Assembly: GCA_031283585.1 (NCBI GenBank)
Contig: JAITBP010000011.1
Location: 1-32,000, forward strand
Source: Puniceicoccales bacterium
Lineage (GTDB): Bacteria > Verrucomicrobiota > Verrucomicrobiia > Opitutales > LL51
DNA: 32,000 nucleotides
Direction: 5' to 3'
Shown here: positions 15,367 to 25,574 of the stretch, piece after piece
How the letters are laid out: each line of letters opens with the position of its first letter
Numbering within the stretch: position 1 is the stretch's first letter
The notes under the pieces: model-generated
What the model was told of the DNA's origin: nothing
Seen by the model: only the letters and a program-made list of their open reading frames with translations
Databases searched by the model: none
Position numbers and translations under genes: made by a program

Positions 15367-16833
15367 ATGGCCGAGGAACTTTTCCATAAAACCATTTCTG
15401 AGTTGAGCGAAATGCTGAAGAGTCGGGTTATTTCTTCGGAGGAGCTGGTTGGCGTGTTTATTGCCCGGACCAAGGAACTGGATGGAAAGATCGGTGCGTT
15501 CCTGAGCTATGATGAGGAAAAGACCATGGGTCAGGCTAGGGAATCGGACAATAGACGAGCCAAGGGCTTAGCGCTCAGTGAGTTAGACGGAGTGCCAGTG
15601 GGAATAAAAGATGTGATTTCCGAGGATGGCCAACCACTGACCTGTGCTAGCCGAATACTGGAGTCCTACATCAGCCCCTATGATGCCACGGTTATAAGGA
15701 AGTTAAAAAATTGTGGTGCAGTACGTTGGGGGCGATTGAACCTGGACGAATTTGCCATGGGATCATCAACCGAAAGTTCGGCATTTAAAGTCACCCGTAA
15801 CCCCTGGAATTTCGACTGTGTGCCAGGTGGGAGCAGCGGTGGTGCCGCGGCGGCGGTGTGTGCCGGGGAAGTACCGGTGTCACTGGGTTCTGATACCGGT
15901 GGATCGGTTCGCCAACCGGCTTCGCTCTGTGGTATTGTAGGGCTAAAGCCGACCTATGGCCTGGTCAGCCGCTACGGGCTATCTGCATTGGCTAGTTCCA
16001 CGGACCAGATAGGTCCCATTGGCAGGACGGTCGAGGATGTGGCTCTGTTGTTGCAGTCCATAGCTGGCTATGATCAACGTGATTCCACAAGCTACCCGGC
16101 CGATGTGCCAAATTATGTCGGATGTCTTGGCACCGAGACCCCTCCAAAAGTGATCGGGTTACCCAGGGAATATTTTACCGATGGTGCTGACAAAGAGGTT
16201 ATCGAGGCTGTCAATGCGGCGGTGGATTTTTATAAAAAAAATGGTTTTGTGATTAAAGAGATTTCGTTGCCCTGCACCGAATATGCCATTCCGGTTTACT
16301 ACATCATTATGACCGCCGAGGCTTCTTCGAATCTGGCCAGGTTAGATGGCGTTAGATATACCAGGCGCAGTAAAAATACTACCAATGCGATGGATATGTA
16401 TTTTCGGTCCCGGGAAGAAGGTTTTGGCGCCGAGGCAAAACGTAGAATTTTGCTTGGCACCTATGTTTTGAGCAGTGGGCATCATAATGCTTATTACGTT
16501 AGAGCTCAAAAAGTTAGGACGAAAATCCGGGATGATTTTCTCAGGGCTTTTGAAGAGGTTGATGTCATTCTGTCACCGACTTCTCCATCCACGGCCTTTC
16601 CCATCGGCGAAAAGTCGGATGATCCGATCTCGATGTATCTGGCGGATATTTACACAGTTTCGGCGAGTTTGGCTGGGTTGCCAGCGATTTCGATCCCCTG
16701 TGGGTTTTCAACGAAAAATCTCCCCATTGGATTGCAGATCATCGGTAGGCCATTCCATGAGATGGATATCATACTAGTCGCCAAAAAATTCGAGGACGAG
16801 CACGAATTTGCAAACAGGATGCCCGATCTCTAG
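15367..16833 (+). CDS. gatA: Asp/Glu-tRNA(Asn/Gln) amidotransferase subunit A
   Basis: 488 aa with the amidase signature: GVPVGIKD, GGSSGGAAAAV, GSDTGGSVRQPA. GatA-like along its full length. Confidence 0.95.
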   Translation: MAEELFHKTISELSEMLKSRVISSEELVGVFIARTKELDGKIGAFLSYDEEKTMGQARESDNRRAKGLALSELDGVPVGIKDVISEDGQPLTCASRILESYISPYDATVIRKLKNCGAVRWGRLNLDEFAMGSSTESSAFKVTRNPWNFDCVPGGSSGGAAAAVCAGEVPVSLGSDTGGSVRQPASLCGIVGLKPTYGLVSRYGLSALASSTDQIGPIGRTVEDVALLLQSIAGYDQRDSTSYPADVPNYVGCLGTETPPKVIGLPREYFTDGADKEVIEAVNAAVDFYKKNGFVIKEISLPCTEYAIPVYYIIMTAEASSNLARLDGVRYTRRSKNTTNAMDMYFRSREEGFGAEAKRRILLGTYVLSSGHHNAYYVRAQKVRTKIRDDFLRAFEEVDVILSPTSPSTAFPIGEKSDDPISMYLADIYTVSASLAGLPAISIPCGFSTKNLPIGLQIIGRPFHEMDIILVAKKFEDEHEFANRMPDL

Positions 16834-16834
16834 C

Positions 16835-17935
16835 GTGAGTAAATCTACGGCTGATAATATTTTTGTGGCCATGTCCGGTGGTGTCGATAGTTCGGTGGCT
16901 GCATTGCTACTTAGAGAGCGCCGTGGAAATGTGGCCGGTGGATACATGCGAACCTGGCACAATGACGATGCCACCGATCCCATTTCGAACTGTCCCTGGC
17001 GACAAGACCTTGAGTCGGCAAGCCGAGCTGCCTCCAAAATTGGTATAAACTTCGAGGTCATCAATATGATAGAAAATTATCGAAACCTTGTGGTCCGCCG
17101 GCTTATTGATGGCTATAGAGATTCGCTTACGCCAAACCCAGATGTGATGTGTAATCGGTTCATAAAGTTTGGAGCGCTGTATAACTACGTTGCGGAGAAG
17201 GGCTTTGGAAAGATCGCCACCGGTCACTACTGTAGAAAACATGCCAACCAGGATGGCTCATTTGATATAAAGGAAGCCGTTGATAAGCAGAAAGATCAGT
17301 CCTACTTCCTGGCCTATCTTTCCCAGGCACAGCTTGCGATTGCCGAGTTTCCGTTGGGTGATACCACCAAGCCAGAGGTCAGGAAAATAGCCAGAGCCGC
17401 CGGTCTGGAGAATGCTGATCGCAAGGATAGCCAGGGAATTTGTTTCCTTGGTAATGTGAAAATTCAGGACTTTCTCGGGCAATACCTGGAAAAAAAACCA
17501 GGTGATATTGTGGATGAACTGGGCAATATTGTTGGTCAACACCTTGGACTACATAACTTTACACTGGGCCAACGGAAAGGTATCAATGTGCCATCGAATT
17601 CGGATTTTAATCACTATGTGGTGGTAGGTAAGGACGTGGAGCACAACAGGTTGATTGTATCGTTTGAGTCTCCAACGGCCCGGAATCTTTATGCCAGGAG
17701 GTTCCAGGTCTGTGACCTGAGCTACACCAACCGGGTAATCGAACCCAGATGCAGAATCCTGGCCAAGCCAAGGTATCGAGATCCGTCTCAGAAGATATAT
17801 TTTGAGAGAATCGATGAAACAACGGCCGTGGTTGAGTTCGATGAACCACAACGGGCTTTGGCCAACGGTCAGGTCATTGCATTCTATGATGGCGAAACTT
17901 TGGTTGGCGGCGGTACCTATTGCCGTAAATTATGA
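16835..17935 (+). CDS. mnmA: tRNA 2-thiouridine(34) synthase
   Basis: PP-loop FVAMSGGVDSSVAA, plus TPNPDVMCNRFIKFG, IATGHYCR, KDQSYFL and DSQGICFLG. GTG 16835 immediately follows the gatA stop; TTG 16808 is an alternative start. Confidence 0.92.
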   Translation: MSKSTADNIFVAMSGGVDSSVAALLLRERRGNVAGGYMRTWHNDDATDPISNCPWRQDLESASRAASKIGINFEVINMIENYRNLVVRRLIDGYRDSLTPNPDVMCNRFIKFGALYNYVAEKGFGKIATGHYCRKHANQDGSFDIKEAVDKQKDQSYFLAYLSQAQLAIAEFPLGDTTKPEVRKIARAAGLENADRKDSQGICFLGNVKIQDFLGQYLEKKPGDIVDELGNIVGQHLGLHNFTLGQRKGINVPSNSDFNHYVVVGKDVEHNRLIVSFESPTARNLYARRFQVCDLSYTNRVIEPRCRILAKPRYRDPSQKIYFERIDETTAVVEFDEPQRALANGQVIAFYDGETLVGGGTYCRKL

Positions 17936-17969
17936 TTGTTGTGTTGACCGATCTGTCTGATTTCATCCT

Positions 17970-19478
17970 ATGGTAGCCATGAGTGATGTTATGCACCAAC
18001 CCACCATGGACCAAATAGTTGGACTGGCCAGGCGCAGAGGTTTTATATTCCAATCTTCGGAGATATATGGTGGCCTTGCCGGATTTTTTGACTATGGTCC
18101 GCTGGGTTCCGAAATGAAGAAAAACATCCGTGATGCCTGGTGGAATGACATGGTGCGTAGAAGAGACAATGTGGTTGGAGTGGACTGTTCGATAATCATG
18201 AATCCGTTGGTATGGAAGGCTTCTGGTCACGTCGACGGGTTTTCTGACCCCATGGTGGATTGTAAGGAATCCAAGCTGAGATACCGAGCTGATCAGCTCT
18301 ATTTTTCAAGGGTTTTCGTCGACGGTGAACTAATAGGTTATGTTTCTGTATTGGAAGACAGTAATATGCAATCCGCGGCCGAGAAGGCAGCCGATGATCT
18401 CAGGAAAAAATTAGGAAAAATTGGTAAACTAGACGAAGTTATCCTCAGTGATTACACAAAAGCCAGAGAGGATGAGTATGATCTGATCCCGTCGCCGGCC
18501 ACTGGTAGAGCCGGAAGTTTGACTCCACCGAGGGCTTTTAATTTGATGTTCACAACCCGTGTTGGGGCCATGGCCGATGATTCATCGGTTGTTTATCTAA
18601 GGCCGGAGACTGCGCAGGGTATTTTTGTTAATTTCAAAAACATTCTGGATACCAGTCGTGTAAAGTTACCCTTTGGCATTGCCCAGATTGGTAGGGCGTT
18701 CAGGAACGAGATTACACCTAGGAATTTTACCTTCAGATCCCGGGAATTCGAGCAGATGGAACTGGAATTTTTCATTCCCGAGGATGGCTGGGAACAGTGG
18801 TATCACTACTGGGTTGAAGAGCGATTGGCCTGGCACAAAAGCCTGGGATTGGATCCGGCGTTGCTCAGATTGGATGTGCATTCCAAGGAAAAATTGGCAC
18901 ACTATTCCCGGGCTTGCACCGATATAACGTTTAGATACCCGTTTGGCTGGAATGAATTGGAAGGCATTGCAGCCCGTGGTAATTTCGATTTGGCCCAGCA
19001 TCAAAACGCCAGCGGTAGGTCGCTGGAGTTTTTTGACGAAACCATTGGGCAGAGCTACCTTCCTAACGTTATCGAACCTTCGGTTGGTGTGGATCGGCTT
19101 TTCCTAGCATTGCTCTGTTCTGCCTATGCCGAGGACGAAATTGATGGTGAAAAGCGCGTTGTTTTGAGGCTGCATCCTCGGGTTGCACCGGTTAAGATTG
19201 CCATACTGCCGTTGGTGAAAAACAGGCCAGAAATTGTGGCTGTGGCCAGAAAATTGCATGCCAGATTCAGCAAGATCTGCAATGGATTTTATGATGAATC
19301 CGGTGCCATAGGCCGCAGGTACCGAAGGATGGACGAAATTGGCACGCCATATTGTCTGACTGTTGATTTCGAATCTCTTGAGAACCAGACATTTACACTT
19401 CGTGACCGGGATTCCACAGAACAGGTTAGATTGACCGAAGAGCAGATTCTGCAGAGGCTCATGGAAAATATTTTCTAG
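17970..19478 (+). CDS. glyQS: Glycine--tRNA ligase (single-chain, dimeric class II type)
   Basis: Motifs RRGFIFQSSEIYGGLAGFFDYGPLG, YLRPETAQGIF, FGIAQIGRAFRNEITPRNFTFRSREFEQMELEFF, EPSVGVDRL, and the anticodon-binding end GAIGRRYRRMDEIGTPYCLTVD. ATG 17979 is an alternative start. Confidence 0.95.
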   Translation: MVAMSDVMHQPTMDQIVGLARRRGFIFQSSEIYGGLAGFFDYGPLGSEMKKNIRDAWWNDMVRRRDNVVGVDCSIIMNPLVWKASGHVDGFSDPMVDCKESKLRYRADQLYFSRVFVDGELIGYVSVLEDSNMQSAAEKAADDLRKKLGKIGKLDEVILSDYTKAREDEYDLIPSPATGRAGSLTPPRAFNLMFTTRVGAMADDSSVVYLRPETAQGIFVNFKNILDTSRVKLPFGIAQIGRAFRNEITPRNFTFRSREFEQMELEFFIPEDGWEQWYHYWVEERLAWHKSLGLDPALLRLDVHSKEKLAHYSRACTDITFRYPFGWNELEGIAARGNFDLAQHQNASGRSLEFFDETIGQSYLPNVIEPSVGVDRLFLALLCSAYAEDEIDGEKRVVLRLHPRVAPVKIAILPLVKNRPEIVAVARKLHARFSKICNGFYDESGAIGRRYRRMDEIGTPYCLTVDFESLENQTFTLRDRDSTEQVRLTEEQILQRLMENIF

Positions 19479-19509
19479 GAAGAAATCCCATTAATTTATT
19501 GACCTAGGT

Positions 19510-19518
19510 TGTTATAAT
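19510..19518 (+). promoter_or_regulatory. Candidate extended -10 promoter element (TGTTATAAT) upstream of kpsF
   Basis: TG-N-TATAAT at 19510-19518, 15 nt upstream of the GTG start at 19534. There is no good -35. It would imply a very short leader. Confidence 0.25.
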
Positions 19519-19533
19519 TGAAGCATCCTGGTA

Positions 19534-20520
19534 GTGATTACAGATATAGAGACAGCCGTCGATGCCGCTGAAAATTTCCTGGATTACAGCGTCAATGCTC
19601 TCGCGTCGATCAAGAAAAACATTGCCGGTCCTCTTGGTCGGGCATTGCCGATTTTATGCGATCGTTCGGTTAAAGTGATCGTCTGTGGCATGGGAAAATC
19701 TGGTTATATTGCTCAGAAAATTTCGGCCACTTTTAATAGCATAGGGGTGCATTCGGTATTTCTTCATCCGGCGGAAGCGGCCCATGGTGATCTCGGGATA
19801 TATACGCCCGGCGATCCATCGATCCTGATATCTAAAAGTGGGAGCACCGAGGAAATTTTGCGATTACTGCCTATTCTAAAACGATTTAAGTCACCAATAA
19901 TAGCCATCGTTGGCGATATAAATTCTCCGTTGGCCAAAAATTCCGACCTGGTATTTGATATAAATATTAAAATTGAAGGCGATCCCCTGGGCATAATTCC
20001 AACCACCAGTACGATTCTGTCGCTGGCCGTTGGTGATGCCATTGCCTGCGGAATAATGAACGCTATCGGGTTCTCTAAAAATGACTTTGCCTGCTTTCAT
20101 CCCGGTGGTCAGCTTGGTCGTAATCTTCTGCTTTCCGTTGGCGATATTATGCATAGGCTGAGCGATGTGGCCGTGGTAAAAAGCGATTTGCCGTTGAGGG
20201 ACGTTCTGATTAGGATGACAGAACACCCATTGGGAGCTGCCATTGTTATGGATGATGGTGCTCATATGCTCGGGATAATAACCGATGGAGACATCCGGCG
20301 TGCTTTGCAAAAAAATTTATCTATGGACGAAATCGTTGCAATTGATATAATGACCTCAGAGCCGAGGAAAATTTCTGAAAATGATTGCCTCGGTGAGGCA
20401 CTGAGGGTTATGGAAAGCGGTAGTAGTCAAGTCTATGTTTTGCCAGTGGTGGATGGAAATGATAGTACCAGGACTGTCGGATTATTGAGGTTACACGATG
20501 CATATCAGGGATACCCATGA
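19534..20520 (+). CDS. kpsF: Arabinose-5-phosphate isomerase (KpsF/GutQ family; SIS + 2 CBS)
   Basis: The SIS domain reads VIVCGMGKSGYIAQKISATFNSIGVHSVFLHPAEAAHGDLG...ISKSGSTEE. A C-terminal CBS pair follows (GAAIVMDD...GIITDGDIRR; VLPVVD). Confidence 0.9.
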   Translation: MITDIETAVDAAENFLDYSVNALASIKKNIAGPLGRALPILCDRSVKVIVCGMGKSGYIAQKISATFNSIGVHSVFLHPAEAAHGDLGIYTPGDPSILISKSGSTEEILRLLPILKRFKSPIIAIVGDINSPLAKNSDLVFDINIKIEGDPLGIIPTTSTILSLAVGDAIACGIMNAIGFSKNDFACFHPGGQLGRNLLLSVGDIMHRLSDVAVVKSDLPLRDVLIRMTEHPLGAAIVMDDGAHMLGIITDGDIRRALQKNLSMDEIVAIDIMTSEPRKISENDCLGEALRVMESGSSQVYVLPVVDGNDSTRTVGLLRLHDAYQGYP

Positions 20521-20990
20521 GTAACAGAATTAAATTAACGGACAGGGTGGCGGAGATAGCTCAGGACTGTGTTAGCAGGCCAGAGTGGGATGATTATTTC
20601 ATGGCCATGGCTGTTTTGACGGCCTGCCGTTCCATATGTACAAGATTAAAAGTTGGCTGTCTGCTGGTTTCAAAGGGCGAGTATAAAAATAGAGTGATCG
20701 CCGCCGGCTATAATGGTTTCGTTGCCGGTGCTCCGCACATATCCAGGGTGCGTGATGATCATGAGCAGGCCGTAGTCCACGCGGAGCAAAATGCGGTGAC
20801 AGATGCGGCTCGCAGAGGTGTAAGTGTTGACGGTGCAATGGCATACATTTCGCATTTCCCCTGTATAAACTGTGCCAAAGTGATGGTATCAGCCGGCATA
20901 AGAGAAATTAAGTACCATTTTGATTATAAAAACGACGAACTTGTTTTTGAGCTTCTAAATGAATGGAAAATTCCTATAGAAAAATTATGA
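20517..20990 (+). CDS. dCMP deaminase (ComEB-type zinc deaminase)
   Basis: WDDYFMAMAVLTACRS, the zinc motifs VHAEQNAV and PCINCAK, 157 aa. There is a 4-nt start/stop overlap with kpsF. Confidence 0.9.
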   Translation: MSNRIKLTDRVAEIAQDCVSRPEWDDYFMAMAVLTACRSICTRLKVGCLLVSKGEYKNRVIAAGYNGFVAGAPHISRVRDDHEQAVVHAEQNAVTDAARRGVSVDGAMAYISHFPCINCAKVMVSAGIREIKYHFDYKNDELVFELLNEWKIPIEKL

Positions 20991-21535
20991 AGAGCGCAAT
21001 TGATTTGTCTGGACGGTTATTAATCGCAACTCCTGCGGTTAAGGACCGGCATTTTTCCAAGACTGTCTCTTTAATTGCGAAGCATTCTGACTATGGAACC
21101 ATTGGAATTATAATCAATAGGCCAGCCCTAATGACCATTGGAGGATTTAGCAAAAAATTTTCTCGCAGTGTGATATCTGATAATCCACTGTATTATGGTG
21201 GACCGGTTAACAAGAGCCATATAACCTTGACCACCTGGATTCCCCACATCAGCGAAATCGGTTACGAATTAAGGTATAATGTCAATAAGGTTGAGGCCGA
21301 GGAGATTTCTATTCGCGAGGAAAAAGCCCAGATTCGCGGTTATCTTGGTTGTGCCGGTTGGGCTCCATATCAGCTCCTTATGGAAATACTTAGAGGTGAT
21401 TGGTTGGTGGCTGACATTGGTTATTTGTTTGACACGAAGGAACGAGGTGAAAAACTATGGGAAGCGATGGTCGCTAGGATAAACCCAGGAATGCTTCTAT
21501 TCAGGGAGTTGCCAGATGATCCGTCGCTGAACTAG
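20987..21535 (+). CDS. yqgE: YqgE/AlgH family protein (UPF0301)
   Basis: Motifs GRLLIATPAVKDRHFSKTVSLIAKHSDYGTIGIIINRP...YYGGPV...GYLGCAGWAPYQL. There is an ATGA overlap with the dCMP deaminase stop. Confidence 0.85.
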   Translation: MKSAIDLSGRLLIATPAVKDRHFSKTVSLIAKHSDYGTIGIIINRPALMTIGGFSKKFSRSVISDNPLYYGGPVNKSHITLTTWIPHISEIGYELRYNVNKVEAEEISIREEKAQIRGYLGCAGWAPYQLLMEILRGDWLVADIGYLFDTKERGEKLWEAMVARINPGMLLFRELPDDPSLN

Positions 21536-21543
21536 TATAGCCA

Positions 21544-22341
21544 ATGAAACAGTATTTGGATTTGTTAAAATATGTTCTTGAGAATGGAGAACTTAGAAAA
21601 GATCGTACCGGGACTGGTACCCTGGGTCTATTTGGGGCCCAGCTTCGGGTTAACCTGGAGGACAGATTTCCGCTGGTGACCACGAAGAAAGTTCATTTCA
21701 AATCGGTGGTCTACGAATTGCTATGGTTTTTAAAAGGATCAACTAACGTTAAGTATTTGCAGGATAACGGTGTAAAAATATGGAACGAGTGGGCCGATGA
21801 GAACGGTGATCTTGGTCCAGTCTATGGTAAGCAATGGCGTAGCTGGGGTACCAAAGATGGCAGGGAAGTGGATCAAATCGCACGTATCATCAAGCAAATA
21901 AAGGAAGATCCTTATAGTCGTCGTCATTTGATCAACGCCTGGAATGTGGGTGAGCTGGATAGGATGGCATTGCCACCATGTCATTCCCTGTTCCAATTTC
22001 ACGTATCTTCTTCTGGTGCACTGCGTTGTCAGCTATACCAGCGCAGCGCTGATATGTTTTTAGGTGTGCCGTTCAACATCGCGTCATACTCGCTTCTGAC
22101 ATTGATGGTCGCCCAGGTCTGTGGATTGAAAGCTGCTGAGTTTGTCCACACTTTCGGCGATGTTCATATATATACAAACCATATTGACCAGGTGAAGGAA
22201 CAGCTATCCAGGGAACCAAAAAAATTGCCCAGGGTGATGTTAAACCCCGAGGTGAAGGATATAGATGATTTTGTCTATGAAGATATTACCCTGGTTGAGT
22301 ACGATCCGCATGGACCAATAAAGGCTCCAATTGCTGTGTAG
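21544..22341 (+). CDS. thyA: Thymidylate synthase (ThyA type)
   Basis: Textbook ThyA: [36 protein letters not shown] (catalytic Cys), [27 protein letters not shown]. 265 aa. Confidence 0.97.
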   Translation: MKQYLDLLKYVLENGELRKDRTGTGTLGLFGAQLRVNLEDRFPLVTTKKVHFKSVVYELLWFLKGSTNVKYLQDNGVKIWNEWADENGDLGPVYGKQWRSWGTKDGREVDQIARIIKQIKEDPYSRRHLINAWNVGELDRMALPPCHSLFQFHVSSSGALRCQLYQRSADMFLGVPFNIASYSLLTLMVAQVCGLKAAEFVHTFGDVHIYTNHIDQVKEQLSREPKKLPRVMLNPEVKDIDDFVYEDITLVEYDPHGPIKAPIAV

Positions 22342-23554
22342 CCCGGGAACCTGTCTGTAAAAAAGCCAGCGCATGTTCCAGTTCTTGCTCATCCGAAAGA
22401 AGTTCTATTTCTACACGCAGATAATAGGCCGGTAGAGAAAATTTGAAATCTTTCTCCAGCCGTACGGAGTCTTTTTCAGTTGTAACTATAACATCTGCAC
22501 TGACATAGGATGCATTTTCATCCATGCGCTCCAGTTCACCTATCAGGAATCTATGGTGGTCGAGAAATCTTCTTTTATAGACCACATGACCGCCGATGGT
22601 TTTTATGAAGTTTTCAAAGCTATCTGGCATGGCGATGCCACTAAATACGGCCACACGCTTGGCTTTCAAGTACCGTAACGGCTTGATGGAGTTATCTCCT
22701 AGACTTACCAAATGCTTTGGTGTGTGTCGACAATATATTATTTTCGCATTTCGGTTGTGTTTACGGATCGTTTGCTCCAGTTTTACATCGGCCCTGTCAT
22801 CGGACTTTGTAACAACCACACAGGAGGCTCGGCTGATATGGCTTATTGGTTCTCTAAGTATCCCACAGGGAAGGAGTTTGCCATTGCCAAAGGGATTTGT
22901 CCTGTCTATCAACAGCCACTGCATATTTGTCGACAGCCTGAAATACTGAAAGCCGTCGTCTAGCAAAAGCACGTCGGCGCCAAATGTTTTTATGGCGTAA
23001 TTTCCTGCCTTCACCCGATCCTTGTCGACGATCACCGGTATGCCAGGCAAATTCCTTGCAAGCATAAATGGTTCGTCGCCGGCTTTTTCCGAACACAGCA
23101 ACAGGGTCGCGCCATTACTAACAACTTTAGGTGGAGGAGGTTGTCTATGAGTCATCCACCTAAAAAATCTTTTTATCAGTGGATCTTTTTTACTTTTATA
23201 ACCTCGGCTTATGATAGCAACCTTTCTGCCTTCTTTGAGCAATTTTTTCGCCAACATTTCCGTGACCGGTGTTTTTCCGGTGCCGCCAACGGTTAAATTT
23301 CCAATAACTATGACCGGACAGCCAAGGGAAAATGATGTTAAAATTTTGTTTTTGTACATCACTTTTCTTATTTTTACGATGATGGTGAACAGGTAGGATA
23401 GTGGCAGGAGCACGGATATGAACAATTTTGATTTGTGGTCAGTCCTTCTTCCATAGAGCACATCGGACAGAAACTCCGCCAGTGCATCTGTTTTTCGCTC
23501 AATATTCCTGATTTTTTTTTTGAAAAAGTACCTGATTTTTCTTATTTGTCTCAT
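22286..23554 (-). CDS. lpxK: Tetraacyldisaccharide 4'-kinase
   Basis: P-loop context [18 protein letters not shown], plus [16 protein letters not shown] and [12 protein letters not shown] 23554 forms an ATGA overlap with the holA stop; GTG 23569 is an alternative start. The 3' end overlaps the thyA 3' end. Confidence 0.88.
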   Translation of the reverse strand: MRQIRKIRYFFKKKIRNIERKTDALAEFLSDVLYGRRTDHKSKLFISVLLPLSYLFTIIVKIRKVMYKNKILTSFSLGCPVIVIGNLTVGGTGKTPVTEMLAKKLLKEGRKVAIISRGYKSKKDPLIKRFFRWMTHRQPPPPKVVSNGATLLLCSEKAGDEPFMLARNLPGIPVIVDKDRVKAGNYAIKTFGADVLLLDDGFQYFRLSTNMQWLLIDRTNPFGNGKLLPCGILREPISHISRASCVVVTKSDDRADVKLEQTIRKHNRNAKIIYCRHTPKHLVSLGDNSIKPLRYLKAKRVAVFSGIAMPDSFENFIKTIGGHVVYKRRFLDHHRFLIGELERMDENASYVSADVIVTTEKDSVRLEKDFKFSLPAYYLRVEIELLSDEQELEHALAFLQTGSRATQQLEPLLVHADRTQPG

Positions 23555-24618
23555 AGCATGTGCATACACCTTCTATACAGGTTCACCATGACTTCTTGCT
23601 GGGAATCATGGCGTTTTATAAGCAAAAAGAACGTGTTGGAAAATAGGAGTTGAAATTCCATTAATTGTTTTATTGTGAACATATTAGTGCTTGAAGCAAT
23701 TTTGTTAATATACCAGGGATTTTGACTAAAAATGCTGTAGCTGGTTTTAGGTTTTCTGGTATCCTGATCAATTTTATATTTTTTTTCAAGCCCATTTAGC
23801 ATGTCCTGGGTCAGGTTCGTTTCAATGTTATGTAGCCGGCGCAGGGCGGCGATTTGTAACATCAACCTGGTTCTGCTCTGTAGCGCCGATAGCAATGGTC
23901 TGGCTTCGGAGGTTTTGGCAAAATATTTACCTATGGTTTTAATGGCAATTTGGTGATTTTTTTGAAAAAATAGATCAACGGTTTCAAAGAAATCGCTATC
24001 CTGCGCTTCCGTGACAACGTCATCTATGTCTTTCTCTAGCACAGTCTTTCGTGGATATATATAGGTAATAAGTTTATCAATTTCGTTGAAAATAGTCCGA
24101 GAATCGTTGCCGGTTTTTGAGATTATTTTTTCCAAAAGCGTTTTGGTCAGTGAGATTCCATTGCTCTCGAGATAGTTCGATACGGCTGTTAGTGTGTTAT
24201 TTAATTTACTTGAATCCAAGTACTTATAATTGCAAACCTCGGACAGTATTTTCAGAAATCTGGATCTTCTGTCCACCGGAGAGGCAGACAGGATAAGATC
24301 GCAATGATTGCATTGTTTTATTTGGTCTATCAGTGTGGAAATTTTTTCACGAACGGCTTCAGATTTGCTTAGGGCGTTGTCTCCCAAGAAATTAGCATTT
24401 CGTAACCAGAGGAATTTTCTGGCACAGAACATCGGCAAGGTTGCCAGCGAAATGCATAGGTCTTCCAACAGGGTTATTGTTTCGTTAACCGTTGAACAGT
24501 AACAGTTAAAAATCTCGGCAGCCGACTCATCCGGGCATAATTTTTTGTAAATTTCACCAGCAACCCGATCTACCATAAAATCATCGTTGCCACAAATAAA
24601 ATGACAATTTTGGTTCAT
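23551..24618 (-). CDS. holA: DNA polymerase III subunit delta
   Basis: 355 aa. The N-terminus HFICGNDDFMVDRVAGEIYKKL is like the YLLYGED.FL start of HolA. The size and helical C-terminal half fit, and it sits in an operon with lpxK. There is no catalytic motif to anchor on. Confidence 0.6.
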   Translation of the reverse strand: MNQNCHFICGNDDFMVDRVAGEIYKKLCPDESAAEIFNCYCSTVNETITLLEDLCISLATLPMFCARKFLWLRNANFLGDNALSKSEAVREKISTLIDQIKQCNHCDLILSASPVDRRSRFLKILSEVCNYKYLDSSKLNNTLTAVSNYLESNGISLTKTLLEKIISKTGNDSRTIFNEIDKLITYIYPRKTVLEKDIDDVVTEAQDSDFFETVDLFFQKNHQIAIKTIGKYFAKTSEARPLLSALQSRTRLMLQIAALRRLHNIETNLTQDMLNGLEKKYKIDQDTRKPKTSYSIFSQNPWYINKIASSTNMFTIKQLMEFQLLFSNTFFLLIKRHDSQQEVMVNLYRRCMHML

Positions 24619-24628
24619 GCATTATTCA

Positions 24629-25303
24629 TTAATTATCTAAGATTGTGCCGTTTGTGCCGGATACACAGGGGGTTACAACACCGCCAGATATGATCATTTT
24701 CATGCCATCAGCCACGGACATGTCGAGATAAATCACCTCGTCTTTTGGTATTAATAGAAGAAACCCGCTGGTTGGATTTGGGGTAGTCGGAACGAGGACA
24801 TTGACAACGGGTTTGCCGACGTTTTTTTGAATCTCACCACCGCTTTCACTAGTAACGAAGCCAATCGCATAGGAATTTTTGTGTGGAAACCTGACCAGCA
24901 CGGTGTTCTGAAAAACCGCGTCCCGATTTCTGCTGAATGTTTCGACGATCTGTTTTACCGTTTTGTAGACCGTGTTTATGAACGGAAGTCTGGCGATGAC
25001 TTTTTCGGTCAGGCTTATTATGCTTTTGCCCAGCACATACTTAGATAGAAACCCGAACAATGCTATGGTGATAACAAGCACCAGTGTGGAAAATACGTTG
25101 ATGATGGTGTTCATCCAGAACGCACTTGGGATAGATATTTTGAAAAAACTCAGAAAAAACTTGCTAGCTGGTGCTCCTACGTAATCCAAAAGTAGATCAA
25201 CCACAATTATGGTTATTCCCAACGGTAGTATCAGTATGAGCCCCGTTATCAATGCGTTACGCAACTTCTTCAACATGGACTGCATTGTGTAATTTTTCAT
25301 CAA
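24629..25303 (-). CDS. DUF502-family membrane protein
   Basis: Two N-terminal TM helices with LILILPLGITIIVVDLLLDYV and IPSAFWMNTIINVFSTLVLVITIALFGFL. Next come RLPFINTVYKTVKQIVETF and a beta-rich C-terminus with PTTPNPTSGFLLLIP. This is the typical DUF502 layout. Confidence 0.75.
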   Translation of the reverse strand: MMKNYTMQSMLKKLRNALITGLILILPLGITIIVVDLLLDYVGAPASKFFLSFFKISIPSAFWMNTIINVFSTLVLVITIALFGFLSKYVLGKSIISLTEKVIARLPFINTVYKTVKQIVETFSRNRDAVFQNTVLVRFPHKNSYAIGFVTSESGGEIQKNVGKPVVNVLVPTTPNPTSGFLLLIPKDEVIYLDMSVADGMKMIISGGVVTPCVSGTNGTILDN

Positions 25304-25394
25304 AGATTACAATATTAATTAATTTATATCAAAACCAGGCCCTGTAATAATTTTGAGCATTGACAGTGGATCTAAAATTGCTGAGGTGCTGTTT

Positions 25395-25565
25395 ATGCCA
25401 AGAGAACATGTGATTTTGGAGTGCACCGAAGCTAAACAGGAGGGAAAGCCTGTGTCGCGGTACATGTCCACAAGGAATAAGAAGCTTCAGACCGAGCGCA
25501 TTGAGAAAATGAAGTATAATAAGTTCCTTAGGAGGCATACCCTTCATCGGGAAATTAAAAAGTAA
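25395..25565 (+). CDS. rpmG: 50S ribosomal protein L33
   Basis: 56 aa from ATG 25395: [30 protein letters not shown]...[19 protein letters not shown], an L33 pattern of the non-zinc (C-minus) type. The 5' part of the 70-aa ORF is probably leader. Confidence 0.88.
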   Translation: MPREHVILECTEAKQEGKPVSRYMSTRNKKLQTERIEKMKYNKFLRRHTLHREIKK

Positions 25566-25574
25566 TTTGCTCCG

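Noticed and set aside
15367-17935. gatC-gatA followed by mnmA instead of gatB as a possible anomaly
   Set aside because: gatB is encoded apart from gatCA in many bacteria. GatA looks full-length and intact, so this is not evidence of a defective or novel transamidosome.
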